From Porphyridium purpureum (Eukaryota), in NCBI GenBank assembly GCA_008690995.1, contig VRMN01000019.1, forward strand, positions 1 through 64,000: a stretch of DNA of 64,000 nucleotides, given 5' to 3'. The notes beneath the pieces are model-generated. The model was not told where the DNA came from. It was given only the letters and a program-made list of their open reading frames with translations, and did not search any database. The stretch's first letter is position 1; each line of letters begins with the position of its first letter. The position numbers were made by a program, and so were the translations under genes. Shown piece after piece: positions 32,151 through 44,204 of this stretch.

Positions 32151-34919
32151 TTAGGCCGCTGGGACTTTACTCAGCGCATCGACCAACGCCGTCCACGTAG
32201 TTGCAACATGCTCCGGCATATTAACCTCAAACTGCTCAAAGAGGTCGTCGAACTCGACCTTCTCGCGAATAAGCGTTTCGACCTTCATCAACTGCGCATT
32301 GCGGTACTTGTCTGGTGGGGCGCATACGATGCGGCGCAGCTCCTCCGGGCATACACCAAGGTCCCATATATCTGGACAGTATGCCGGGCTCGTGTACAAC
32401 TGACAAAAGGTCTCCATGATGCCTCGGTACACCCACATCCGATGATGCGCCATCCTTATGGATTGTCGTTTGTAGTGGACCGACTCGACGATGGCCGGGT
32501 CCGCCACGATTTCGCCGTCAATGCGCAGAATGATCTGCGTACCTACATGCATGAATGGCAGCTTGGGGATTCGCGGCACCGGGTCGCCTTCGACGTGTAT
32601 GCGCCACGCGATCCGCACGCGCTCGTTGAAGCACCTACGAAAAAAGTAGTTTCCCACGCGTGGTGAACCGCAAGTTACAAGCACAATTCTGTCGGCGCCA
32701 CACAACTTGCTGAGATGGTAAGCACAAAGCGTCGCTATTGCACCGCCCAGCGAGTGGCCTGTCACAAGCACGGGCCGTTCCTTGATCGAAAGAAGCAACT
32801 GGACCAGCAGAACCACCTCGTCGCGCACGGAAATATATGCCTCGGCAAAGCCAGCATGAACACGGCAGTGTCTTTCTGAAACGTGATCGTACACACTCTG
32901 CAGCTCGGCAAGCCCATGCTGTAGGCCAGCAAGCTTGACCAAGTTTTCAAACTTGCCGAGCGCCTGCCCTTGTTCCGGATTGTCTCGCTCAGTCTGGTCG
33001 TTGGACCCGGGCTTCTTGGTCGCGTTGATGTCCAGCACACGCCGCAGAGGCACCAGGCTCGCGCGAAGATCTGACTTTATGTTTTGTGCAGACTTTGTCC
33101 CCCGGAACGCGACAACCACACAATCATCGGCCTCGCAAACAATGCCATGCGTGTCTGACTCGGCGTGCTCAAGGTGGTGCACAAGCCGAAACTTGCCTTC
33201 GCTCATCATGCGCAAGTCACACGAGGGCGGCTCGGCACATACCTGTGGCGAAGGCTCCGTCGCGAGCCTATCGTCCTCCTCGGTCTGGATCTGCTGCCCG
33301 AATTTGTAGGCAAACATCGAAAAGTTGATGCACAGAATGAGCATCTCGAGCACGAGCTCATGCGTCGCGCAAATAATATTACCGGCAAGGTCGCGGCTCA
33401 TGCGTGGTTTCCAGATCAGTGTCTTCCTCGTGTCGACGACCCGACCGAGCGGAACGAACAGAATGCGCTTGGCGGTCGCAGGATACGCCAGCACGGCCTC
33501 AACGATGAAGAAGGTCAGAGTCACAAACAGAACACAAGATACGCGCGTGTCATCGGAAAAGAGGCGTCCCGTGGCAAGGTAAAAGGCGTGTATGGCATCA
33601 TCGCCAAGAGACGAAAATTGAATAGCGGCACATACCCACGACGCGACCGCGAGCTGCAAGACGCTCGCCTTGAACATGGAGAGCACCAGCGCCTGCGATC
33701 GAAAGAGCTGGTACACGCAGCCGCGCAAGTTGCGCTCGGCACGCCGTATTTCGAGCAAAATGGCGATCAAAAAGCCGAAATCTGCTATGGCGACGAACAA
33801 GACGACCACAAATGTGAAAGCTGGCACGCCCGGACCGCCGCCACCGCTGCTGATACCTAGCTGCAGGCAACGGATGACGCGAAGCCAGGCACAGAACACG
33901 GGAACGTCTGTGACCACGTGAAGTAAAATCAGCGCGATCATGAGAAACGCCGTGTAAAGCACACATGCACTGGCCATGAGCAGTAAAGACCAGGGTGACA
34001 CGGGCGCTATGCTCCCGAGAAGTCGGGCCTTCATGAGCGCATACAGAAAAAAGCTGCCTTGATACAGCGCATACAAGATGATGTCAACCACCTGGAGGCC
34101 GCGAAGCGAGTGCTGCTGTTCAATGAGCAATGGGACTAACGAGCCTGGCGTTCCGTCAAAGTCAGTGATGAAGTCGAGCACTCTCTGCTCCTCAAAGATG
34201 CGAAGTGGTAATGTGCTGATCACGATGATCGGCAAGATCACGAGGATAAGAATCTGCTGGGACACACGGATCGAGCGCGGAGCGTGCCAATACACCCACG
34301 CGAGGTCGACGCCGAGCACCAAAAACAAGCCGGCAAACAGAAACCCGAAGACAATCTGCACCGTGGTATTGGCCGATCCAATACTGAAGAAGATAGTAAC
34401 CGTCTCAACATCACCGGGACCCGTGGCTACGGTAAGCTCCTCGTCCGGGTCACCGCTGGCCGCCATGCCAATGGCCACACCCAAGCTAATTGCCATGCCT
34501 ACCACCCAGATCATTGTCATGCTTGTCATTTGTTTCCCATTAAATGTCTCCATGAGCAGTTTGTGGCGCGCACCCTGCGAGTGCAACTCGAACACGTCCG
34601 TCACGAGCTTGACGTGGCTCTGCGCAACATCATCCGGCTCCGTGCCGAATGTCGAATGAGCGCTGTGTGAGGGCGGCGGTGCATCTGCAGCGCGCGTCGA
34701 TTTTCTGAGCAGTGCGTCGACACGGTACCGCAGCGCTTGCCTTGTTGACGAGCGCCAAATGTTTCTCCCCTGCGCCTGCGCTTGCTCATCACCGTTCTCC
34801 TCGCTTCCCGCCGAACTAAAATTTAGCTCGCTGACCTGCGTGTCGCGCGACAACTTCCGACTCGGCTGCGGGACCAGCATGTCCGCCAGCGTAGCAGCCG
34901 CCGTTCTGTCTGCCGCCAT
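32151..34919 (-). CDS. Multi-pass membrane protein with C-terminal class 3 lipase (convergent paralog of 27686-30427)
   Basis: KLVTDVFE, VAFRGT, VHAGF, VTGHSLGGAIA, GSPRVGN and HHRMWVYRG are shared with the paralog. Confidence 0.9.
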   Translation of the reverse strand: MAADRTAAATLADMLVPQPSRKLSRDTQVSELNFSSAGSEENGDEQAQAQGRNIWRSSTRQALRYRVDALLRKSTRAADAPPPSHSAHSTFGTEPDDVAQSHVKLVTDVFELHSQGARHKLLMETFNGKQMTSMTMIWVVGMAISLGVAIGMAASGDPDEELTVATGPGDVETVTIFFSIGSANTTVQIVFGFLFAGLFLVLGVDLAWVYWHAPRSIRVSQQILILVILPIIVISTLPLRIFEEQRVLDFITDFDGTPGSLVPLLIEQQHSLRGLQVVDIILYALYQGSFFLYALMKARLLGSIAPVSPWSLLLMASACVLYTAFLMIALILLHVVTDVPVFCAWLRVIRCLQLGISSGGGGPGVPAFTFVVVLFVAIADFGFLIAILLEIRRAERNLRGCVYQLFRSQALVLSMFKASVLQLAVASWVCAAIQFSSLGDDAIHAFYLATGRLFSDDTRVSCVLFVTLTFFIVEAVLAYPATAKRILFVPLGRVVDTRKTLIWKPRMSRDLAGNIICATHELVLEMLILCINFSMFAYKFGQQIQTEEDDRLATEPSPQVCAEPPSCDLRMMSEGKFRLVHHLEHAESDTHGIVCEADDCVVVAFRGTKSAQNIKSDLRASLVPLRRVLDINATKKPGSNDQTERDNPEQGQALGKFENLVKLAGLQHGLAELQSVYDHVSERHCRVHAGFAEAYISVRDEVVLLVQLLLSIKERPVLVTGHSLGGAIATLCAYHLSKLCGADRIVLVTCGSPRVGNYFFRRCFNERVRIAWRIHVEGDPVPRIPKLPFMHVGTQIILRIDGEIVADPAIVESVHYKRQSIRMAHHRMWVYRGIMETFCQLYTSPAYCPDIWDLGVCPEELRRIVCAPPDKYRNAQLMKVETLIREKVEFDDLFEQFEVNMPEHVATTWTALVDALSKVPAA

Positions 34920-35953
34920 GACGAGCAGCTCCGCGACTGTTCCACACGGCTACGAGCAGCATATGCCGTTGCCCGGCCGGCCTGCCGGCTGCGGTCGCCT
35001 CCACGTTCGTGCGGAGCGAGCGAGCGAGGACACGAAACAGCTTCGCTCAGGCTTGAAACCAGCCCAGAAAGACTTGTCGCGACACTGAACGAATGACAGG
35101 AATCGGCACCCGCCTCACCACGCACACCAGCAGTCCGACGCGCGCGGACGCGCGAGACAATGGGGCAAATTGAGAAGCGTGCGAGACAGGCACGTTACCG
35201 GACGCTGTACTTCGGCGAATTGCACCCGGCACATCGGGCAATTGAGAAAAGAGCAGCGGAAGGAGAAATCAAGAGGGTGGTGGTGAAGCGGGGGCGACAG
35301 GACGGACGTGCACCACCGTCGGAACTGCAAGCAGGAGGGCCGCAGTGGGTTAATCCCTTGGCCGTGTACCATAGGTATACCGTCGCACACTTGAACAAGT
35401 CAGGACGCCGATTCGGCGCAAACTCAATTGTACGTCGTGAAGAGATCGTGAACATGCAGTCTGGAGCCGCCGCTGCCAGCGTGACAGCATGTGCAGGAGA
35501 ACGGTATAAAACGTAGAGCCACACCTGAGGACCACTTTCCTGTGCAGCAAGAGAGAAGGGGAACCAAGAAGAGATTGTTGAAAGGAACAACAGCTTGACA
35601 GCGAAAAGACTCAAGCAGGTTAGCCTTGGACGCGTCAAGCTCCATTAAAACGGCAAGGAAAGCCCACCTGGTGTGGACTCAACCGCGGTTCCAAACTGTC
35701 CCCCAGCAATAATCCCAAAACGGTGAGCCTGGGGGTTGTCAACTCGACAAACTCTTCAGTCTCAAGTCTCGAAAAGGAAAACTTTCGACACAGTGAGGCA
35801 GAGCAACCCGCCGCGGAATGAGCCGCTTTCGGAGAGCCGCCGGGTAGTCGAGCTAAAGGGCAGCCGGCACTGCCTGGCAGCCGGCGCATGGGTATAGAAG
35901 AGCCCCTGGGTATCCCACTCGGGCGAGAGAAAGAAAGGAAAAAAAGGAAAAAA

Positions 35954-37587
35954 CGTGGAAGAATCAAGGTCGTCCTGTCACTCCCCAAGCTGTACTTAAT
36001 ATCGGTTCGGGGTACAGCGAAAGGAGGCATGTTTTCGAAACCACTCCGGGCGGCCATTAGCCGTTTCGGCCGCACTTCGAATACGTGCCGGGTTCGAACG
36101 CCAACACCGTCCGAAACCCGCACGCGAGCAGAAGTCCGAGGCTCGGGAGAAGGTACTTAAGCCGGACCGAGCAGGCAGCTCTGTGGGATGTAGCGTAGAG
36201 TTTTAGTTAGAGGCTCTGACACATAGGCGTATGGTAAAAGGTGCTTTACTAGTAGCACTGGACCCTCTCAGTCTTCTTGGGCGTTTGGTGGTGAAAACGC
36301 TGTTGGCTGCGCTCGATCTCATATTCCCTTCTAGGGTTATGAGCCCAGACCTAGTGTCTGCGACGGCGGTGATCATTGCGGGAATTGCGATCCGAGCGAG
36401 CACGCTGAGCAGCCCGGAAACAGCTTGAACATCGAAGGCCGGAATTGCGAGAGGAAATGGAGCACCAGGAAGGTGGAATGGAACACTCGCACGCGAATGG
36501 CCGCGGAATGGAAGACGGACCTTCCGCAGAGGAGCATTTCATTCAGCAGATGCGGGCGGAAATGGAGGCCCAGCTGCATGCCACGCTAGCTGCAGAACGA
36601 GCGCGGATCGAACAGGAGTTCGCGCATCGGCTAGGCCAGCTGGAGCAACAGTATGCTCGGAGCGTGAGCGTCAATGCGGTGGCACCAGGAGCATCGGACA
36701 GCCCTCGCGCAGCCAGCCGCGCCGTGCGAGTCGCCAAGATGATGCCTTATGAAGGGCGACGCGACGTGCCGACAATACTCGTCTGGCAGAATGCGGCGCG
36801 TACTCGAGTATACAACCCTCTCACGCAGGAGGTTGCGGTTGCGAGACGCGCTTGGACCAGCGCAGATGAAAGGCACGCTATAGAGGTGGCGTCTACCTAC
36901 CTGGCTGGTAACGCGATGCTTTGGTGGATAAGCTTAGAGGTGAGGCCGGTGCAGTTCGACGAATTCCTCGGCGCAGTGCATTCCAACTTCGCACCAGCAA
37001 ACGCAGCGAAGCAAGCGCGTGACGAGCTTGCTGCGTGCGTGCAAGGCACGCGCGACGTGCGCGAATACGAGACGGCATTTTCGCAGATCTGTCTGCGCAT
37101 CGCCGGGCTCTCAGAGGAAGAGAAGCTCGACCGTTTCTTGCGCGGGCTGAGCAAGCGCGTCCGAGTCTTCGTGGAAATGTCGGAACCGTCCACCTTCAAT
37201 GGAGCTGTAGAAAAGGCCACGAACGTGGACGAGGTGCTGAATCGTGACGGGCGCCAGCAAGCGTACCGTGCCCCGGCGACGAGCCAGAGCGGGCCTGCCC
37301 CCATGGAGCTCGGGTCGGCGGAGTGGGCGGAGGAACAGCCTGTAACTGAACGCCGTCCCAGCCGTGCGGCAGGCAAAGGCCGCGGGCGCCAAATGAGAAA
37401 GCATGGTCGCGGAAAGGGTGGAGGCAAACGCGCTACGCGCGGCGAGCAAGACAAGACTGCCAGCAAGGAGAGCGGCGGCCCGCGATGCTACCGGTGCAAG
37501 CGTCGAGGCCACATTGCCCGTGAGTGCCGAAACTCCACGGCCGCCTACGTCACGGTGGATGTTATCCGTTCGACCCCAGTCACCTAG
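35954..37587 (+). mobile_element. 3'-truncated LTR retrotransposon C: 381-bp 5' LTR (35954-36334), half-tRNA-iMet PBS, gag only
   Basis: The LTR is defined by an inverted near-identical copy at 62481-62861. GGTTATGAGCCCAG at 36335-36348 immediately follows the LTR. Confidence 0.85.
36457..37587 (+). CDS. gag: Gag (Ty3-type capsid, PMELG, CCHC knuckle); C-terminus probably runs into unrelated sequence
   Basis: STYLAGNAMLWW, ARDELAACVQG, EEKLDRFLRGL, PAPMELG, CYRCKRRGHIAREC. Homologous to the gag at 49917. Confidence 0.88.
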   Translation: MEHQEGGMEHSHANGRGMEDGPSAEEHFIQQMRAEMEAQLHATLAAERARIEQEFAHRLGQLEQQYARSVSVNAVAPGASDSPRAASRAVRVAKMMPYEGRRDVPTILVWQNAARTRVYNPLTQEVAVARRAWTSADERHAIEVASTYLAGNAMLWWISLEVRPVQFDEFLGAVHSNFAPANAAKQARDELAACVQGTRDVREYETAFSQICLRIAGLSEEEKLDRFLRGLSKRVRVFVEMSEPSTFNGAVEKATNVDEVLNRDGRQQAYRAPATSQSGPAPMELGSAEWAEEQPVTERRPSRAAGKGRGRQMRKHGRGKGGGKRATRGEQDKTASKESGGPRCYRCKRRGHIARECRNSTAAYVTVDVIRSTPVT

Positions 37588-39000
37588 AACGGTTCGGTTA
37601 ATCCGAAACCGGTAAGCCGTTAAACCGGCAGACCGTTTAACCGTTTCTAGAAGCTTCTAGAGGTTCCAGAACCTTCTAGACGCGCGCAGAAATGTCAATG
37701 ATTTGCATTGTCATTTCTCTTGGCGCCTTGCTGTCCCTGGTGGAAGTAAGAGTAAAAAAAGGCGACGCGCCTGCCCGGACTAGCCGGTCAGGTCTTGCTC
37801 GGAGACAGAAGAGGTAAGAAGAGAGAGAGTAAAAAGGCACAGCATCGGTAACACGACCCAATCCGACGGTTTGCGTCCGGGTTAACAACGTCGTCGGCAT
37901 TGCGTGTGAATCTGTGCGCATCTTCGAACGTTGGAGGTTCCCATAAATAAAGATGCATACGCACCCGTGTCTTCAGTCCCTGCAGAGTGAAGAGCAAACA
38001 ATTGGCGTTGGCTAGGCGCGGTGCGAAAAGACACAAAGCTACGAACAACTGCGCATAGACGCCGACCAATCTAGTGTTCTGCTTGAGAGAACTCAAATCT
38101 TTTTGTGCCCTGCCTTCCACGTTGTGCGGCTAGAACGACTTGGTCACTGCGGTCGTAAATTCAGCATACGTATGCGGCTTGTGTTCCGCACGTACTGTCC
38201 GGTACTAATCGGCCACCCGCTCCCACCAAGAAAGTGCTACGCGTTTACACAGCAATACCTTCTCCCGCAGAAATCCATGTCTGACTCTAATTACACCATT
38301 CACGGATCGCTGGGCTTTAGACATGATCCTTTGCATTTACCCTTCATGAATGCAACGCCTGTACCAACCGCTAACCGTCACCGTACGACACCGGCGACGG
38401 GTTGAGAGTCTCGGGCAGTTTTCCTGGCCTAGCAGTGGATGCGCCCTACTTGAATAGCAGCGTCCAGGGTACAGCCAAAGTTGCAGACCCTGTGTCCAGA
38501 GCAAGTCTAAATATAGCAACACGCAAGTTTCCTTGCTCGTGCCACGGAAGTCACAGGCGTTTCGAGCAAATCGGGGGTCTCTGCTTATGATGCACTGGAG
38601 ACACGCATGAACGGGTCTCGTCCGCACACAGGATGCAAAAGGACATGCTCGTCAGCGACACCAAGATTGCTTGAGTAGCCTAACGAGATGGTTGAGATGT
38701 TAAAGAGTACAAAACAAGAAATTGTATTGTTCCAGGACAGGGTTCCTTGCACCAGTCGATTAAGTTCAACTGTACAAACCCAGCACAATTGGGATATCAT
38801 TTTTCATTTTTTACGTAACCTGTGATTGACAGCACTTCTGCAACTCTGCTTTTTGCGCTTTTAGCGATAGGATTTCGGCGGCAAAAGCAGCGCAGCTTTT
38901 CCCCAGCGATAAGGTGAGAGCTTTTCAAAGTTTAGCGTGCTGCTCGTCGAAGCCGGCTTGCACCCACGGCCTTAACTGATCACACATATCAAGCACCATC
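37550..39000 (+). mobile_element. Possible decayed hAT-like DNA transposon
   Basis: Clustered AACCG/CCGTT subterminal-like motifs at 37586-37646. Scattered fragments resemble hAT motifs (C-A..LN..VQ at about 38437, LTRW at about 38680). No intact ORF or TIR pair was found. Confidence 0.25.
37644..37682. promoter_or_regulatory. Heat-shock-element-like cluster (alternating nTTCn/nGAAn)
   Basis: TTCtaGAAgcTTCtaGAg gTTCcaGAAccTTCtaGAc; includes the perfect palindrome TCTAGAAGCTTCTAGA. Confidence 0.5.
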
Positions 39001-40670
39001 ATCTCTCAAGACGCGGTAATATCAGCGCGAAGTCGTGACTTTGATGCAGGTGCCTGGAATCCCGAGATCCGACCGACATCCATCTCGGATAGCTTGACCT
39101 TAGGCGGGGCGCGATTTAATCGTTTAAAATGCTCCTATTCATCGCCAAACGCGACCTCCCTTTCTTCACGGCGCAACGAAATGTCACCCCAACCGCGGAT
39201 CCTTGTTCCACCCTTCCTCGTCACTATCCGCTTGCCCGTTTTTTCTCGAAGCGATCTTGCTCTTAACACTGTCTAAGAGTGAACGCAGACAAACTGCTGG
39301 CTAGAATAGAGAAAGTGCTTTGTTTTAAATGAGTCCACAGACGCGAAGACTTCTGGACTCACAGCCCCTAGTACAAAGATGACAGTGGGAAGGCCGCTAG
39401 GCCGCAAGACACCCGTGCAAAGGCGCCGGGTCCCCAAGTGTATTCAGGCACAGCACACACACACGCACACACACACACGCGCGCGCGACAGTACTCTAGG
39501 GTTTACAAAAAATGCCTAAGAAGATTCCGTACATCCAGCTAGGTGATCGGTGTCGAAAGTGCCAGCAACCGACGGCGATACAAAACTTTCGCAAGGGCGA
39601 TGAAGTCAGTGCCCAAACGAGGGCGATATCACAAATTCATTTACGAGTTAACACATAGAAAAGAGCCACCAAGCTGTGGCACTGCTAGACAGGGAGCTAC
39701 ACTCAAGAAATCCAATGCTTTTGATGACTCAACACCTCGCTTTACTCCAAGCCAAAACGATAGCGGTCAGAACAGCAGCACCACTCCTTGCCGGGTAAGC
39801 CAGTGTGCTGCGTGCGACGCCCGCCCACGAGACTGCTTATCTCTCATCGCCACGGAGCTGCATGTTCCTCGGCCTATACTCCACGCGACGCCCGGTCCAC
39901 GCGCCCGCAATAATGTTTGCCACGAGCTCACGCACGTCGCGCCATTCAAGCAGCCGACGCAACTTGCAAAACACAAGCTGTTGGCAGTAGAATCAGTGGG
40001 TGCTGTACTCTCGGCAGAGTGTGCACGAAACGTCCCGCGAAGCATTGTTGACACGCGTGACAAGGTGGAAGAAATGGGCGATTCGGTCGACCGAGGGATA
40101 CTTTAGCATCAGGGCAGACGAAGCAGCCGGCGTGAGGTAGGGACGAGGAGGTAGCTTCGTATGTTTTTGCCGCCAGGGGGTGCCAAGGGACTCGTTTTGG
40201 TGTTTGAGGAATAAAAGTGGCTGCTCCTGTGCGCGGAGTTTCAACTCAAGCCGTACGGTACAGTGAGGTACAGTACGGTGTGGCTGCGCTGATGTGCAGC
40301 CGGGCGTGTCGCGCTGAAGCAACGAGGTGCGCGTTGTTCGACGCTTCGATCCACGCAGCGGTCCGCGCCTCGGATCGCTCGGTTTGTGGCCAGCTCGAGC
40401 CGCGCTCGCCTTACGGTTTGGACCCCTAGACACACCGAGGGCTGGGCGGACTAGGCTCAGTGCGGAAGCAAGCACTCAAATCAACAGATGTTGCTTTCCG
40501 CTCGCAGCTGGGGCGCGTCGAATACTGCACACACTGCCGCTTCGGAAGAAAGAGGCACGGTTGCTAAAGAAGCCGCTGTGGGTCATGTGCACAGCAAGGA
40601 GAAACTTTCAGAGAAGACAGCTTCGTACCTTTTTTCTCGATGCTTTCGGATATGCAGCCACGGATCTGCA

Positions 40671-43162
40671 CTACTGATGCCGAATGGGATGACGCCCAAT
40701 CTCGTATTCACGATACAGGTCAGCAATAAAATTTGCGGCGTACAGAGATCCAGCCAGGTTGACGTGCCGATCGTCACGCATCAGTGACATACCATCCACG
40801 CTCCACACAAAGTAGTCCTGGTTCGATCCCGGCGACACACGAAACGCATCGGCAAAATCCTTGTATGGCAACTGCAACGTGTCCTCTACGTAGGTGCGCA
40901 CATTCTTGTAGCTATTGTAGGCTTCCTTGCCAGAAAACTCTAAACAATCGTGCGCCGGCGGCTTGAGAGTGGGCAAGCACTTGCCCATCCGCTTCGCTGG
41001 CAAAATTCCGATGAATACGGCGCGTAGGCCGCGGCTCTTGATATATTCCACTTCTGGTTTGATCACGACGGCTTTTGGATTATCGGCCATATATTTCGGC
41101 CATGAAATGGCCTCATAGTGCAAGAATACCACACTACCTGGCGGCAGTGCGTCGATGGCCTTGCGCGCGGCGAGCCCGGCAAGAGCACATGCCTGTTTGT
41201 GCAACGGTGCCGATGCATCGTACTTTTCTGGAGCAATCTCTGTCCACCTATGTACGAATTCCAGCCAGCACGCCACATTGTTTATGGACCAAATCGACGC
41301 TCCGAGCTCCTTTCCAACAAATGAAAGCACGGGCTTGAGAGATCCCACTTCGCTATCGCCAATGATAAGAGCACTGGGCTCCTTGGATGCGTCGCCAAGC
41401 ACGCACGGATACATCCCGCCGAGCGCAACTTCCGACGCCTTCCCTCCTCTCTTTTCGCACCACCAAAAGTCGTGCAAGCCGTACATGCGAATCAGGTTCC
41501 ACTGCTTTGCAATGTCCACTGCGTCTTCAATTGAGAGCTTGCGCTTGAGCGGCACGGGCGAAGCGCGCTCAATATGCTCAAACAGCGCATTCCAGTCTGC
41601 TCTGTCCTGCGAAAGGACGGATGCGTTGATCCACCGCGCAGGGGGGAAGGTGGCAGTAATCTGACCTTTCGGCCATTGCTCGACTACCAGCCGAGACGCA
41701 TTCGCCAAGGCGCGTGGCACATATACCTTGTGCCCATCCTTCAGCTCTGGTTCCACGATCGATTCGTACAGCAGGCTGTTCGAGCCAGCCGGTGCCGGGT
41801 CCTGACTCAACGGAATGCTGTTGCCAGCAGCGCTCTCCGTCAGGCCGGGTATGGTGGGAGCGCCGTTCCCATACAGCACGTACAGAGCCGTGCCCAGTGC
41901 AGATACCATCACCAGCCCGATGCTTATCCAATACTCAAAGGGCACGCTGTCACGTATCCGCAAGCGCTTTTCGACGAGTGTGTATTGTACTATGCCCACC
42001 ACCGCCGTCAGCACCACCATCAGCGCCCAATGGTCAAACCAGCCTTGCGCAAAGGGCATTGTGTTGGCCACGAAGCCCAGGAACACGCGAATGGGCCAGT
42101 GCACAAGATACAGCGTGTATGACACGCGCCCGATGCTTGTCATTGCGCTGTTTCCCAGCACGTGTCGGCTCACAATCGACTGCGGGAGCAGGATCAGCAG
42201 CATCGTGCCGAACAGCGTCGGCATCGCCTTTATGCCCGACGGCAGTCTGCCGAGAAGGCCAGACCATCCGCCGTCCAGGCCGGCGCGCTCCTGTCCAAGC
42301 AAGAAAAAGGACGCCACACAGGTGGTCAGCCCGACTACGCTTGCGGCGTCCACCACGATGCCTTGGTGCTCCTGCAGGTGCTCTGACAGGCCGAGCAGGG
42401 CGGCGCCCGCGGAAAACTGGTACACGCGCGATGGAAGCAGGAAGAACGCACCGGACGGATCGTTCGTCTCAAAATGCCACGTCCACGCAAAGCCTACCAC
42501 AGCGAGCAGCCCGAACGCTGCGCCCCACGCCGCCGTCGTGCGTCGCCGAGCACGCGCGCCAGCAGGAGCAGCAGCGCTGGCCACAGCAAGTAGAACTGCT
42601 CCTCCACGGACAGAGACCAAGTGTGCAGGAGCGGCTTGAGCTCGGCGCCGCTGTCCCAATATCCGGCCTCGGAGTAGAACAGCATGTTGGACACTGACAC
42701 CATGCTTGCGACGACGGAGCGGAGCGCCTGCTCGAGCAGCTCACCAGAGTACAGGCTCAGCGCCGCCACGAGCACGCACACGCACGTGCAGAGCGAACTT
42801 GGATACAGGCGCCAGAACCGCTTGCGGTAAAACGCGCGCAGCGAGAAGCTGCCTCTGACGGCGTCGTCGAGGATGTTTCGGGTGACCAGAAACCCGGAGA
42901 GGAGGAAGAACATATCGACGCCGATAAACCCGCCGGCGCCAAACCCGTCTCTGCCAAAGTGGAACATGAGCACCGCGCCGAGCGCGAGCGCGCGCAGCCG
43001 TCCAGGTGCGTCAAGTAGCCCGGGTGCGCGTGCGCGCGCTCGGCGGCGGCGCATCTCCGCCGCGTGCGCGGGCTTCTGCGGCTGTGCGTCAGCTACGACG
43101 TGCGCGGCGTGCGCGCCGTCCTCCACAATTAACACAGACTCGACGACCGGCGTGACGGCCAT
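40671..43162 (-). CDS. Acyltransferase-3 plus SGNH-domain O-acyltransferase (OafA/OatA-like), with frameshifts
   Basis: HLDG/LRALA..FH, GFIGVDMFFLLSGFL, FYRKRFWRLYP, LLHTWSLSVEEQFY, GRVSYTLYLVHWP, then IIGDS and DDRH. Frame breaks near 42995-43040 and about 42545 (errors or decay). Confidence 0.85.
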
Positions 43163-43280
43163 GGCGTCTTCCCACCTCCACCGCCACCACCACCGCCACC
43201 ACCACCACCACACACCCCGCGCGTCCCCCAATGCGGCGCACCTGCACGCCCATCGCACATTCTTTCCGCTCAACTGAATC

Positions 43281-43348
43281 ACTGTACCTTGCGCTGTACC
43301 TACACTGTACCTACACTGTACCTACACTGTACCTACACTGTACCTACA
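43281..43348. repeat. 11-bp tandem repeat CTGTACCTACA, about 5-6 copies
   Basis: Seen directly, upstream of the acyltransferase gene. Confidence 0.9.
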
Positions 43349-44204
43349 TTCACCCACTGTACCGCAGATCGAGCGCGCGCGCGCCGGAAATCACGCCGCG
43401 GCGCCGCGCGATCACAAAGCGCCAGTCGGCGGGTGTTCACTGCTGCTGTACACCCCGCGCTCGGTGCGCGTGCGTTGCGCGCGCGCAGCGTGGAAGCAGA
43501 GCAGAACAAGGAGTGGCAAACGCATGAACGTAGTCCTGTGTGGCACAATTGAGCACGCACGCGAGAGGATCCTGGGAACCGGCTCTGCCTGCTGCGTGGC
43601 GTCTACCGCGGCATCCAACCGCGCTGCACCAAACACGCAGATGCGCCAAGCAGGCGTGGCAAAAATGGCCGTTTGAGGCGCACGGAGTGAATAGTGAATC
43701 GGGGTTGTTTTTGTTGTGGCACACCCGGACGTTCGGTCCGCTCGCAGCGGGACTGCGCCATCTTGCGCAGGCCTCCGTTGCGTAACGCGCTCCTTTTCGT
43801 AGCCCGCGTTGCGAATGTTTTCGGGCATGCGCGCACGTGTACTTGAGCAGACATCACCAATCTCTGCGTGCAAAAGTTTGGCTGCGCATCTCGGCTCACC
43901 AGCAGCTGCAGACAAGGACTCGCAGAGATTTACGCACCCTCGCGCGCGGCTCATGATCGGGGCTGAGCCAAGCTCGCTTCCTTCAAGCCTTGCCTGACGC
44001 GGACTTTCAGCCACTTTGGCGCGAGTCAACGACGCATGTCACCGCGCCCGGTGCCTTTCCGTTCTATCGGTAGGCGGTGAGAATGGGATGCGCCATGCTC
44101 ACTATCCGCAAAAACATGCAACATGCCCACTTGCCATAGCCAAGAATCAATCCTTGTCGCAAGTCCCTGCAAGAAAAATGACATCCATCGCCTGCAAGGC
44201 CCAG

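Noticed and set aside
41714..42697. Long plus-strand ORFs (327 and 274 aa)
   Set aside because: They are antisense shadows of the acyltransferase gene.
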